Source: Octopus vulgaris (taxonomy: Eukaryota). Taken from it: a stretch of DNA of 64,000 nt. The notes under the pieces were generated by a model. It did no database searches and was not told where the DNA came from. It saw nothing but the letters and a program-made list of their open reading frames with translations. Where the stretch lies: the NCBI GenBank assembly GCA_951406725.2, contig OX597838.1:42532001-42596000 (forward strand), read 5' to 3'. This document shows, one piece after another, positions 26,520 through 39,053 of the stretch; position 1 is the stretch's first letter, and every line of letters starts with the position of its first letter. The translations under genes and the position numbers were made by a program.

Positions 26520-27625
26520 GGAAAATAAGTTCATCACCAAAACAGCTTTGCCAAACAACCAGCACCTCAACTAACCCAAACAGTTGCACTGAACCATTCC
26601 ATTCTTGTTCCTCTCATGCATCATCATCATCATCTCATTCTCTTCAATCTGTTCAGTCTGCCATTGCACGTGGTCGGCCTTCTCAGCTGCCCTCAGAGTC
26701 CTCACGCAGTTGCTCCATGTAGGTTCAATGTAATCTGCCCAACATTTGCGTACTCATGCTTCGGTTTCCAGAGAAGGAAATCACTGATGATCTCCACCAA
26801 TGTTCTTCTTTCTCTAATTTGCATGTGATGTTGCAGGTAAATTACTATTGAAAAGTTCTTTCATAAGGTGTTGTCTCCAGGAACTGTCCAGAGCAGCTTC
26901 AAGCATTCTTGTGTAAGTCCTGTCAAGTTTATTTCAAGACATTCACATTGCACACCCACAGAACAGAACTGACTGCACAACCACCTGAAAGAGATTACAT
27001 TTCAAATTTAATGAAAGCTTATCAATCCAGATCCATTGATGATTTATTTAAAAGCTGCCCAGGCTTTGCTAATCCGTACATGGACATCACTTGCAGATGG
27101 ATCTTCTTTTGCAAATTTACTTCCAAGCTATGGGAATTCATCAACACTTTACAAGGATTTTTCAAGTGTGGAGTTAATGTTGCCACTCTGGTTGTACATC
27201 ATATATTCTGTCCGAGTTGACGTAGAGACCAACACCTTTAGCAGCAAGAGAGACCCTGCATCACAAACTGCATCTGCTAGTAGCACCGAGTCATCAGCAT
27301 AGTCAGGTTCGGTGGTGGTCACTGTTGGAAAACGTCTGCTTTTGGCTGGTTGAAGAGTGAATCCTTTGTTCTTCATCTCATCTACAGGTAGGGTGCCAAG
27401 GTGTCAACCTGAAGAACAAACTAGAGAAAAGTCTTGAGGAAAACCAGAATGGCTATTGAAGAAATAGATCAACAATACAGTCCAAAGAGTTATTGAAAGG
27501 AACCTGAAGGAAATGCTGCCATTCGTTGACTTTTCTAGGGCCTTTGACTCAATTCACAGAGGGTAATTGCAAGAAGTATTTCTTGCAAACAGTATCCCAA
27601 AGGAAACTGTCAACGCCATCTTCTT
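26520..27625 (-). mobile_element. RTE-type LINE relic with inverted 5' segment
   Basis: Minus: DTLAPYL at about 27405 and DYADD (ORF 27149..27376); plus 27405-27625: NQNG..RNRST and FVDFSRAFDSIHRG. Confidence 0.75.
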
Positions 27626-28672
27626 ATGCAAGACATCAGAATTGAATATAATTACTAGAATTTGAGGTGAGAACTAGGCATCACCCCCACCACTCCCATC
27701 TGGTTTAGTCCTCACCCCATCACCACCAGGGACATGAATGCCTTTAGCTAAGCCTCATTCGTTCAGTAAACAAACATACAAAGCATATCTTGTAATGTCC
27801 CTTCTAGTTTTGCCACAAGACCAGCAGTTTGGAGGGGGCGAGGGGGGAATGCAAGTTGATTACATCACCCCCCCACCACCACACACACACACACACACTG
27901 CTGCTTTATTTTATCAACTCCAGAAGGATGAAAGGCAAAGTCGGTCTTGGTTTGAACTTGATAACATTAAACATGTAGAGCTGTGATTCCCAACGTGACT
28001 TTTTGTACACAATAAGAGAAAGGGGGCAATTCAAGAATGAGTTATTGAACAAAGAAATTCTTTACATCCCCCCCTTCTGTGGACAATTTTTATTAAAAAT
28101 TTTTGACACTTTAGTGACAACATAAACAGGTCAGTCCCTCATAAGGCTAAGTAATTATGTGTGTAGCAGAGATCTATGGATGCACAAACCGGAAAAAAAT
28201 GAAACAAATATGGACGATTTGTTGGACAATTTTATCAAACTTTTGACACTTTAGAGACAACACAGGTCATTTTCACAGCTGTAGTTGTAATCACAACATC
28301 GGATGTCTCTAAAGTAGGTAATCATGTAGGTAATCGTGTGTGTGTGTGTGTGTGTGTGTGTGGTAGAAATCTATGGATGCACAAACGAACAAAATGGAGA
28401 GAAAAAAAATGAAACAAATATGGAGTTGTTCAGAAACACCTGCGAAGGGAACAGTTCTCAAAAATAGCCCCAACATTCCTACGTCCTTGGAATCTACATA
28501 GTCCGAGATATAGTTGTAGAGAATTTCATTAAAAAATATCCATTTTCTTGAAAGTTAAGACGAATTGAAGTGGACTCCAGTGAAATTTCTGAAATTCCCC
28601 ACCCCAACCCCTCCAATATAACACATATTCGTAGAAAATTTCATTAAAAAATATCCATTTTACTGAAAGTTA

Positions 28673-29074
28673 GGATCCTTTCGGTTTGAACGGCAGTTTT
28701 TTCTAGCGATGTCATATGAAATTGTCACCCATAATTATGACCTTAGTATCGATCTATTGCATTTCAATCTGTTTTAGGGTTAGGGGGGTGGGGGAAGGGT
28801 ATCTTTTTTTCTTCACAAATGTAAATAAACCCAATGTGTTTCTTAAACGAGGAACATTTTCATACGGCACAGAATGTTTTCACCTCAATAGACGTCATTG
28901 ATTGGTTGAAATTGAAGAAAAAAAACAACAACTATCTTACAAACTATAGAATTTTCTCAATAAAGCCAAGAGAAAAAGATGTTTTATAAACACTTTCTAC
29001 CAGTATACAAAGTTTAAAATTTTTTAGTTACCTAGAAATTATGTTAAAAACTGCCGTTCAAACTGAAAAGATCC
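28673..29074 (+). mobile_element. MITE copy 1 (GGATC TIR)
   Basis: TIRs ggatcctttcggtttgaacggcagttttt / aaaaactgccgttcaaactgaaaagatcc; internal ttagggttaggg. Confidence 0.85.
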
Positions 29075-29138
29075 AAAATTGTAAACATTAACCAAGTTTT
29101 GAATAACAAAAATTAAATATCACAAGGGGACATCATGG

Positions 29139-29532
29139 GGATCTTTTCGGTTTGACCGACAGTTTTAAAAAATAATTTCCACGTAACTAAACACTTTTAA
29201 ACTTTGTATACTGGTAGAATGTGTTTATAAAACATCTCTTTCTCTTGGCTTTATTGAGAAAATTGTATAGTTTGTAAGATATTTGTTTTTTTTTGTTTTT
29301 CAATTTCTGCAATTTCAACCAATCAATGACGTCTATTGAGGTGAAAACATTCTGTCCCTCGTTTAAGATTCTGAAGAAGAAAAAAAGATACCCTTCCCCC
29401 CACCTCTAACCCTAACCAACCCTAACCCTAAAACAGATTGAAATGCAATAGATCGATTCTAGGGTCATAATTATGGGTGACAATTTCATATGACACCGCT
29501 AGAAAAAACTGCTGGTCAAACCAAAAAGATCC
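29139..29532 (-). mobile_element. MITE copy 2, inverted relative to copy 1
   Basis: Same TIRs; exact 8-bp TSD catcatgg (29131-29138, 29533-29540); GG termini plus 8-bp TSD are compatible with Merlin-like elements. Confidence 0.85.
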
Positions 29533-29659
29533 CATCATGGTTCCCAACCGATTTTTGGCCATCGGTTGGCAACCACTGATCTCGAAGAAATGCCGCTAAG
29601 CCTGTTGTCCAGCTGACACTGACCATTCTGCCTTTATGCTAGTCTGCCACACTGTCTCA

Positions 29660-32600
29660 TAATATTGGTTTCAAATTTTGACACAAGGCCAGCAATTTCG
29701 GAGGAGGGCATAAGTTGATTACATTGACTCCCAAAAGATGAAAGGCAAAGTTGAACTCAGTGGAATTTGAACTCAGGACATAAGGATTGAGAGAAAATGC
29801 CAAACTAATCCTCAATGTATTAGTCTTCTTCATTAAAGCCCTTAAAAAGAAACATAATTAGCAAATATAAGAGAGAAACAATTGGTCAGAAACAAAAATA
29901 AAAGAGAAAGGTTTATTTTTTTTTATGTGTTGTTGATATTATTTTCAGTTTTAATGTCACAAATGTTTCCTTGAAGTCTTTTATTTCTTCTCAAAGTTCC
30001 GTTGCTGTTTTTGTTTATTTTGTTTTTTCTTTTTAATGCTTTTTATTTGTTCAAGAATCACTGAAATTATTTCGTTTTTTTTTTCAAAAGAGATTATTAA
30101 AGTCAATTTCGGCTTGTTTCTCTGGAATACATTTACCATTCCTTTCTTGAAATAGAATTCAGCAGGCACAACACTTTTTTTTTCTTTTTTGTTTTAATTA
30201 ATAATAATAAATTCTTTTGATGATGATGACGGAAGTGGTAGTGATAACAATGATGGCAGTGATGACGATGATGATGATCGTGATTTCTTGATAAGATATA
30301 TGGCCTTAGGAAAGAGGTGATGAAAAGTTGTGGTCTTCAAGCCTTTTCCAATAGACATTACTAGATGATGGAAGAAGTTAATCATTTCTTCTATAGGCAC
30401 AAGGCCTGAAATTTGGTGGGTAAGGGGCAAGTCGATCAAATCAACCCCAGTGCTTGTTTTATTGACCCCAAAAGGATGAAAGGCAAAGTTGACCCCAGCA
30501 GAATTTGAACTCAAAACAAAGACGAATGAAATGCCACTAAGCATTTCACCCGGTGTGCTAACGATTCTGCCAGCTCACCACCTTTTCAATAATAATAATA
30601 ATTATGTTTCTGGTTTAGGCATGTGACCACTAATTTCAATGGTAGTGGGATTGGTTGATACCAGTACTTGACTGGTACTTTATTTTATCAACCCTGAAAG
30701 GGTAAGAAGCAAAGTGGACCTTGGTGAGATTTGAACTCAGAATGTAAAGAGATGGAATACCACAAGGTATTATTATTATTAAGTAGCAGCCTGAAGACTA
30801 ATCATAATAATGATGGTGTCATACAACATGGCAAAAGGCCTCAGATTTGTAAGGGGGTGGAGTGGAGAGTACACAGGATATTGTGATCTTCATCTATTTC
30901 CCAAGAATATTTGATACATAAGTGAAATGGCTTCAGCTGGGGATTGAATCTGCTTCATGGATTCAGTTTGCCAATTGCGTATTTGTACTCTTCTGTACTT
31001 TACAACAGCTGTTATTATTATTATTATTATTAATAATAATAATAGGCCTTTCTGATATAGGCAGAAGGCCTGGAATTTTTTTGGGGGGGTTAGTCAATTA
31101 CATCGACCCCAGTGTTCAACTGGTACTTATTTTATCAACCCCAAAAGAATGAAAGACAAAGTCGACCTCAGCAGAATTTGAACTCAGAATGTTAAGCTGG
31201 TGCTCCGATGCACCAACTGTTCTGCCAACTTGCAGCCACAATGGTAGCAATTGTTATTATTATTATTTCTGCAATTGGCAGCAAGCCAGCAATTTGCAAG
31301 GGAGGAAGTCTAGCTGACAGAATTGATTCCTGTATTTAACAGTTATTTATTTTATTGATTGGGAAGGATGGAAGGCGAAAGCGAAAACAAGAAAAGTAAA
31401 GGAAACTATCAACAATGGCAGTATTTTGGACTCCGACTGAAGATGGAAGGTGGAAGTGGAGAGTGTGGAGAGGAGTCGGCTGCTCTGCTGTTGTTCCTGC
31501 CTCTCAACCACCACAATAATGATGATGATGATGATGATAATAATAATTTCTAATATAGGCAGATTCCCACAAATATTTTGTATATATTTTGGAGGAAGGT
31601 GGGGGGGGAGGAATAGTCAAGTGAACTGACATTACTATGTTACTGGTACTTGTTTTTTGTATAACCGACTCCCACCACATGCCCCACCCGACCCCACAAT
31701 GGACCAAAGCCAAATGTTGCTCTGAATGAGATTTCACCTCAGAATGTCTCAGAAGGGAAGAGAGACAGTTGTTTGGACAGCACTGCGTGGGCCCTGTCAC
31801 TACCTTCAATAAATATATCGCATATTTATACAAGGTCATGTACATTAGTACAAGGTCATACACATTGGCAGAGGGTCATAGATATTAGTATAAGGTCATC
31901 TACATTGGCACAAGGTCATACACCCTGGTGCAAGGTCATACACATTTGTATCGAGTTATATATTGGTACAAAATCGCACATTGAAACCAGTTCAGACAAG
32001 TGTACAAAATCATAGAATGTATGACCTCAGGTCATACATCCGTACAAAGGTCATACGAGACCAAACATTTGTTCAAGGTTGCACATTGATAATGAACTGC
32101 ATCATCTTCAGTAAGTCACCGATATTTATATTGCTGCCCCATGATGGATGAAAGGGGAAAAAAAAAAGTCAGCAGCCCTAATGGGATCTAAACACAAAAG
32201 AGTTGAAAATGAAAAACTAGGACCCACAGCCCCACAGTCTACACTTTTAGTCCCTCTCCCACCTTCTACCTGGAATATTGATAATAATAATAATAATAAT
32301 AATAATGGTTTCAAATTTTGGCAAAAGGCCAGCAAGTTTGGAGGAGGGGCAAAGTCAATTAAATCGACCCCAGTGTTCAACTGGTACTTATTTTATTGAC
32401 CCCTACAGGATGAAAGGCAAAGATGACCTCAGCAGTATTTGAACTCAGAGCATAAAGACAGATAAGATTTCACCAAGCATTTTCCCAGCATGCCAAGGAT
32501 TCTGCCAAACGAATGATTCTAACAGAAGCACAGGGCCAAAAGTTAGGACAAGGAATAGTCATTTATATAGACCCTGGTCCTTGACTGCTACTTTATTTTA

Positions 32601-33168
32601 TCAACCTCAGAAGGATGAAAAACAAAGTTGGCCGAGGCAGGATTTGAACTCAAAATCTAAAGAGTTCTAACTTGAAAACCACAAAGAATTTTTAACCAAG
32701 GTTCTGATTCTTCCATTCCACAAATAATAATAATAATCCTTTCTACTGAAGGGACAAGGCCTGAAATTTTGTGGAGAGGGGACTAGTCGATTACATCAAC
32801 CCCAGTGTTCCACCGGTACTTATTTTATTGACCCCGAAATGATGAAAGGCAAAGTCGACCTCGGTGGAATTTGAACTCAGAACATAGCAAGAGGTGAAAT
32901 ACCACTAAGCATTTCGTCCAGCAAGCTAACAATTCTGCCAGCTCACCACCTTAATAATGATGATGATGATGATGATTTCAAATTTTGGCACAAGGCCAGC
33001 AATTTCAGGGGAGGTGTATGTCAATTACATTGACCCCAGTACGCAACTGGTACTTATTGTATTGACCCCAAAAAATGAAAGGCAAAGTTAACACCAGAAT
33101 GTGAGGATGGCTGAAATGCTGCTAAGCATTTTGCCCAGCATGTTAATGGCTCTGCCAGCTCACAACCT

Positions 33169-33204
<36 letters not shown>

Positions 33205-33419
33205 TGTTGTTTTAAATTTTTGACAGAGAGCCAGCAGTTTTGAGTGGGTGGAGCAAGTTGATTACATCAATGCCAGTAGCTGAGTAGTACCTTTTTTTAT
33301 CGACCCCGAAAGGAGGAAAGGCAATGTGGACCTCAGTGTCATTTGAAGCCAGGACGTAATGAACCAGAAGAAATGCAGTAAGCACTTTGTCTGCTGTGCT
33401 AACGATTCTGCCAGTTTAT

Positions 33420-33454
<35 letters not shown>

Positions 33455-33460
33455 TGATGT
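29660..33460 (-). mobile_element. Array of about 10-11 same-orientation SINE copies separated by (AAT)/(GAT) tails
   Basis: Recurring + strand unit tttcaaattttggcacaaggcc...gaccccagt...ggatgaaaggcaaagtcgacc...atttgaactcag. Confidence 0.85.
31829..31985. repeat. Degenerate 20-bp minisatellite (consensus about tacaaggtcatacacattgg)
   Basis: Six clear units at 20-bp period, then decaying units; scattered copies to about 32085. Confidence 0.85.
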
Positions 33461-33568
33461 GGATTATAGACACAGCCATATAGATGGGGGGAAGCAGAAT
33501 ATTTTCTGAATTTAAAAAAAAAAAAAAGGAATCAAAACAATATAAGTTTGTGTGTGTGTGTGTGTTTG

Positions 33569-33927
33569 TTATACAGTTGTTTCCATGCCATTGTTAGGCG
33601 AAGGGACTGCTTCATTGTCTGTGGACAGGGATGCCATGGTGCAGTGATAACGCATTTGGTGAATGGATGGTGCTGGTGCCGGTGGAGGTGGTGGTAACAG
33701 TGCAGGATCAAGTCCTTGATCATAGATTATACTTTCATACGGAGGAGGAGGATCGTAGCCCGGATATGGAGGCAGTTCAACTGGTTTGGGGAAGTCCATG
33801 CTAGAGAATATTCCAAAGAAGCCTTCCCAGGTGAGAATATCATAGGGGTCTGCATAAAGTTCCCCTATAGTTCCAATAGGACCTCGCTGATGGCCTGACT
33901 GTTGGCTTCGCCCAATATCCTGGTGTG
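33569..33927 (-). CDS. Gene 2 last coding exon (Pro-rich cytoplasmic tail with LPPY and PPPY)
   Basis: Acceptor tctctttcctatag; phase 1; AHQDIGRSQQ...ELPPYPGYDPPPPYES...METTV-TAA. Confidence 0.9.
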
Positions 33928-33959
33928 CTATAGGAAAGAGATAAACACCTGCATATTCA

Positions 33960-34113
33960 TATAAAATATATATAAATAACATATATAGATACATACACAA
34001 AAGATACACACATATACATGTATATATGCATACATATATAAATACATATATATACACACATATACATATATATACATATATACATATATACATATACACA
34101 TATATACACACAC

Positions 34114-34144
<31 letters not shown>

Positions 34145-34203
34145 TACATACATATATATATACACACATATATACATATACACATATATACATATACACA
34201 TAT

Positions 34204-34234
<31 letters not shown>

Positions 34235-34259
34235 CACACATATATACATATACACATAT

Positions 34260-34290
<31 letters not shown>

Positions 34291-34406
34291 CACATATATA
34301 CATATACACATATATACATATATACATATATACATATATACATATACACATATATACATATACACATATATACATATACACATATATACATACATACATA
34401 TATACA

Positions 34407-34449
<43 letters not shown>
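33960..34449. repeat. Degenerate (TA)/(CATA) microsatellite
   Basis: Direct observation. Confidence 0.95.
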
Positions 34450-34457
<8 letters not shown>

Positions 34458-37400
34458 AATAAAGTTACACTTGTAAGCTTCAGTTTAGAATTTGATTTGG
34501 TGAGTGAAACAAAGGAATTTGTTAGAAAACGAAATCCCTAGAATGATCCCCAAAGAAGAAAACTAAAGGTGTTAACTTTAAATATTCTTTTCTACTCTAG
34601 GCCTCAAGGACCGAATTTTTGGAACTAATTTGTATTAGAAAAGAATAATATAAATTAGTTCCAAAATTTGGGGCCCTGTGCTCGGAGTAGAAAACTAACT
34701 TTAGATATTAAAACATTTAATTAATTTTTATCCATTGATGTGTTCCAAATGACTTAATGTAATAATGAGTATCAGCTTTGTTGAAATACATCTTCTTCAA
34801 TTGCATAACCGAAATATGGTCTTTTGAAAAAGAAACAGCTGTCTGGTTAAATTAAATAAATACACCATTTGACCATTTAAAACCTGTTCCATTTATTGGA
34901 TTCTGTCTAACAAATTGATTCTGACAATGATTTTTTATACATACATACATATCTGTATACATATACACATATCTATATACATACATATACATACATACAT
35001 ATCTGTATACATATACACATATCTATATACATACATACATATACATTCATACATACATATATACATAATATCTATATACATGTACACACACACACACACA
35101 GATGGGTACACAACCAACATTCCAGCAACTGATTGTCCAGTACCTCTTTGAATCCAGGTGAGCAGACTTGAATTTGCCATGACTATTGTTAACCTATTTT
35201 CACTACTAAGCCTTCATTTGTCTATTCACTAGTTACACACAATGAAGGTGGAAACTCTCCCCACACCTTCGATAATATCAGTGACAGGGAGGGGAGAGGT
35301 TGGTGTGCACGGGCAACATCTGGTCTTCCATAAACAACTTTGCCCAGACTTGTGTGCCTCTGCGGGAGGTGGGGTAACTTCCTAGGTGCAATCCCATGGT
35401 CATTCATGACTGAAGCGGGTCTTTACCCTTTACTTCAACACAAACATACAAACACTCTCCTTACACTGACCCATAATATTATAAATATGAAAATGTTTAA
35501 ATTTCAATCAAACACCATGTGAAAACCCCTTAAAGACTGTCTCCCTGTGAAGCACAGGCTAGTTGATCTCCCTTCACAGCAGAATATACACAATGTCCCC
35601 AGCATGAAAAGGGTCAAGATAAATATATGCCCTTCATTGTTATGTCTAGAGTGGCAAGTAGTCAGGAGGTTGGGGCATGGCATTAGATTTTGTTTTGAAT
35701 ATTTACACTTTCACTTCATATTGCTCGGGTGCTGTGTGGGGACCAGCAATGTGAAAAGGGACAGAGCCAATGTTTCCTGTGGGTGTCGTAAAAGGCAACT
35801 AAAAGAGGTTGGTGGAAGGATTTGTACTCTGGCCTCACAAAACCCTCACCAGCAACAGCTACCCAAAACAGACCCATGGGTTGGAAGGTTGTCAACTGAA
35901 TGGTCAAAAGGTGCCATCTGCTAGGAACAGTAGGGAGTTACCAACAAATAATGGATGCAGTGACTCCAGGTTTCAGAGCATTCCCCCACCCCTCCCCTGC
36001 CATATTACCTACTAGTGAATACCAAAAAATGGATCATGAAAGTTTTATAGTGAAAAAAAGTTATTAACAACATGGCAATACAATAATTATTATATAATCT
36101 TTTCTAATCCAGCAAAAATGGATAATCCAAGGCTGCCAGAAAATTGGTAATATAGCTGTATTTTATGTCAATTTATGTGAGATAAATGTTAATTTGTATG
36201 AGGTTATGTTAACATTTTAAAAGGTTCAGTTATTCATTGAATAACCGGGTTTGCTGTAATTTTTAGCTCTGATCAATAAAACCCGTGAATAAATGCATTC
36301 TAGCCATGACCATCCTGTCTTTGTTTTCTCAGATACAAAATAAATAGAACTACTTCAACCAAAGTGTCCTTCCTTCTTTGAAAAAGTTAATAACTTGACA
36401 GCATTTCTGTAGAATGTAATTTGAAGAATATTTGGCTGCTGTTTCTAGCATATTAGACTACCACATAGAAGCCCCTCCATTGAAGGTTAAATGGAATAAG
36501 GAAGGGATTGGCATAACATTATTATCATTGCCAGAGCTGAGCAAGAACCAAAGTCTGTCGCTGATGAACGATAACATGAAATTGTTGAGAGAGCCAGAGC
36601 AAAGTTAGTAGAGAAATGGTCCCAGGATGGCATGGTTCTTATTGGACTGACAGAGAAAATCTTTGATGAGAACTAATTATATTTCATGGCATAGAAAAAT
36701 TTCCATGGATTCCTTCTGCATGAAAAACACATAATTAAGTGTGTGTGTGGTGGTGGTGGTGGGGGGGTTAATATGAAACAAAAAATAATTCATCAATTAA
36801 AAATTCCCTATAACTGGATGGAAAGGGGATTATCATGAAGGGATACATGGATCGTTATCACTAACGAACATTCTTGTCAAGAAAGACATGGGCCACAACT
36901 CTGTATGTCCTTTTGGCTGAAAACTTTTGGTTCGCTTAGAACACAATGTCTGTTCTCAGCTCCACTCAGTCGTGTGTCCACAGAAATAGAAATATCAAAT
37001 AGGTTCCATTTCAGAAGCAGGGGAGTGGCTATCTTAAGATCAGTCCCGAGATAACCTTTGTATATGGCACAGTGTCTCTCAGACAAGAGTTGCTAGGCAG
37101 CGAAAGCAATAACAGACAGATTAAGCAAGAGAGAAGAATGGCATTTTGTGAGTGAGGCAGAGTGAGCTGCTGATGTTCTGTGGAGGAGGAGGAGGAGAGG
37201 AAACACTGTGCATACCATTAAAAGGTTATACATGGGTCCGTTCCCTAGAAACTTGAGAATGGTACCAACGCAGACAAGAGCATACCACCTCTCTTCAACA
37301 TGCGATTATTATGATTGCATCACATCTCGAAAGTTATGCTTTTTTCAGCCCAAGAGAGGCAGTTAGGGTTAGTTTGTTCGCTTGGACTGCAGGTTCAAGT

Positions 37401-37462
37401 CATGCCATACGAATATTTCTCTGACATGAAAACAAGGATGGAATACAACATACAAAGATTTA

Positions 37463-37810
37463 CTAGTTTCAGTCATTTGACTGTGGCCATGCTGGAGCAC
37501 CGCCTTTAGTCGAGCAAATCAACCCCAGGACTTATTTTATCGGTCTCTTTTGCCGAACTGCTAAGTTACGGGGACATAGACACACCAGCATTGGTTGTAA
37601 AGCGATGTTGGGGGGGGGGGGAGACAAACACAGACACACATACATATATATATATATACAACGAGCTTCTTTCAGTTTCCGTCTACCAAATCCACTCACA
37701 AGGCTTTGGTCAGCCCAAGGCTATCGTAGAAGACACTTGCCCAAGATGCCACGCAGTGGGACTGAACCCGGAACCATGTGGTTGGTAAGCAAGCTACTTA
37801 CCACAGAGCC
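37463..37810 (-). mobile_element. tRNA-derived SINE
   Basis: Reverse complement of the 866/7357/17684 family. Confidence 0.8.
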
Positions 37811-38654
37811 AAAGATTTACCAACAAAGTCACACAATAGCAGAATAATATGAATAGATTTCATTCCATATTTAAGACTGTTTACTTGTTGTAAAGTGAAA
37901 AATAACTCGATAACAACTCTCCAACCAGAAGTAGTGACAAACGTACAAGAAGGGACCCGGCTTTTGGAGATGCCTCTTTGCACAGCACATTCAATACGAC
38001 CCAGGTGGACTTTTACACTGTCTACAGAATCAAAGGTTTCAAGGAAAATACAATTTCAAAAGAAATTATAGATCTCATGGTTCTCTAGAAAGTGCCAACC
38101 ATTTTACAGTTTTCAAAATAACTGAAATTTATTTACAGATGCAGTTAATTAAATGTGATTGCAAATGTCAACGATGTCGTTAATCAGAGGAAGCTGTGTG
38201 TAACATAATCTGTCTTCTTCTGAGATGAAAGGTTTATTTTCCTTTCTTGGGAATGGCAGACACTCTAATGTGTTTCCAAAAACCAAGATAGATCCCTGTG
38301 TGGAAAGAGAGAGAGTTTGTTGAGGGTAGGAGTTAGCTCTCCAATGATGTTGTGCTTAAAGCTAATGAGATGCTGTCAGAATTGTTGGTTTGAAATGACT
38401 GGAGGCTGTTTTGTATTTGGTGTGTGTGTGTATGGAGTGAGCTTGGTAGAATGCAGGGAAATAGCTTCTGAGGAGATTTATATAATTGTGTGTGTGTGTG
38501 TGTGTGCAAAATGGGTAAAGAATGTGGAGACAATTTGACAAGGGGCAGAAAAGGGGTCAGCTGCAACTTGAGGAGTCACAAAGCTTACAGGTTATGTGAT
38601 CCTTGGCCATATTCTTCACCTATATTTATGTTACACCAACATTACAAGGCCCAT

Positions 38655-38785
38655 CTCTCCCTCACTCACTCACTCCTCTTTCTCTCTCATTCTCTTTCCC
38701 TCCCTCACTCACTCACTCCTCTTTCTCTCTCATTCTCTTTCCCTTCCCCTTTCCCTCCCTCATTCCTCTTTCTCTCTCTCATTCT
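38655..38785. repeat. Pyrimidine-rich tandem repeat of about 43-50 bp (3 copies)
   Basis: Recurring ctcactcctctttctctctcattctct unit. Confidence 0.8.
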
Positions 38786-38861
38786 CTACCTACGGCCATG
38801 TGGCCATGTACGTTCCTCAAACAAACAATTAAAACAGGAGACAAGATAACAAAATACAAAC

Positions 38862-39053
38862 CAGTTCTTCTGTGCCGCAGAATTCTAGTCAGTGTGAAGC
38901 TTGTGTTGGGAGTTTCGTTGATCCGCAGTTGGCTCCGGCGCCATACATGATAGGTGAAAGCACTGGCAATTAACAGGATAAGTGGAATGACGATTCCGAT
39001 GGCAAGCAGAAGGGTGTGACTGGATGTATTTGGGGCTGTAGTTTGATGGTAGC
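38862..39053 (-). CDS. Gene 2 transmembrane exon
   Basis: Acceptor tttcattttcag, donor G|gtttgt, 192 bp phase 1-1; YHQTTAPNTSSHT-LLLAIGIVIPLILLIASAFTY-HVWRRSQ (TM plus basic stop-transfer); absent from the ORF track. Confidence 0.9.

Noticed and set aside
28774-29430. TTAGGG motifs as interstitial telomere
   Set aside because: Only 2-3 units, internal to both MITE copies
31829-33460. CRISPR-like repeat/spacer appearance of the minisatellite and SINE array
   Set aside because: Eukaryotic context, diverged repeats, no unique constant-length spacers, no cas genes
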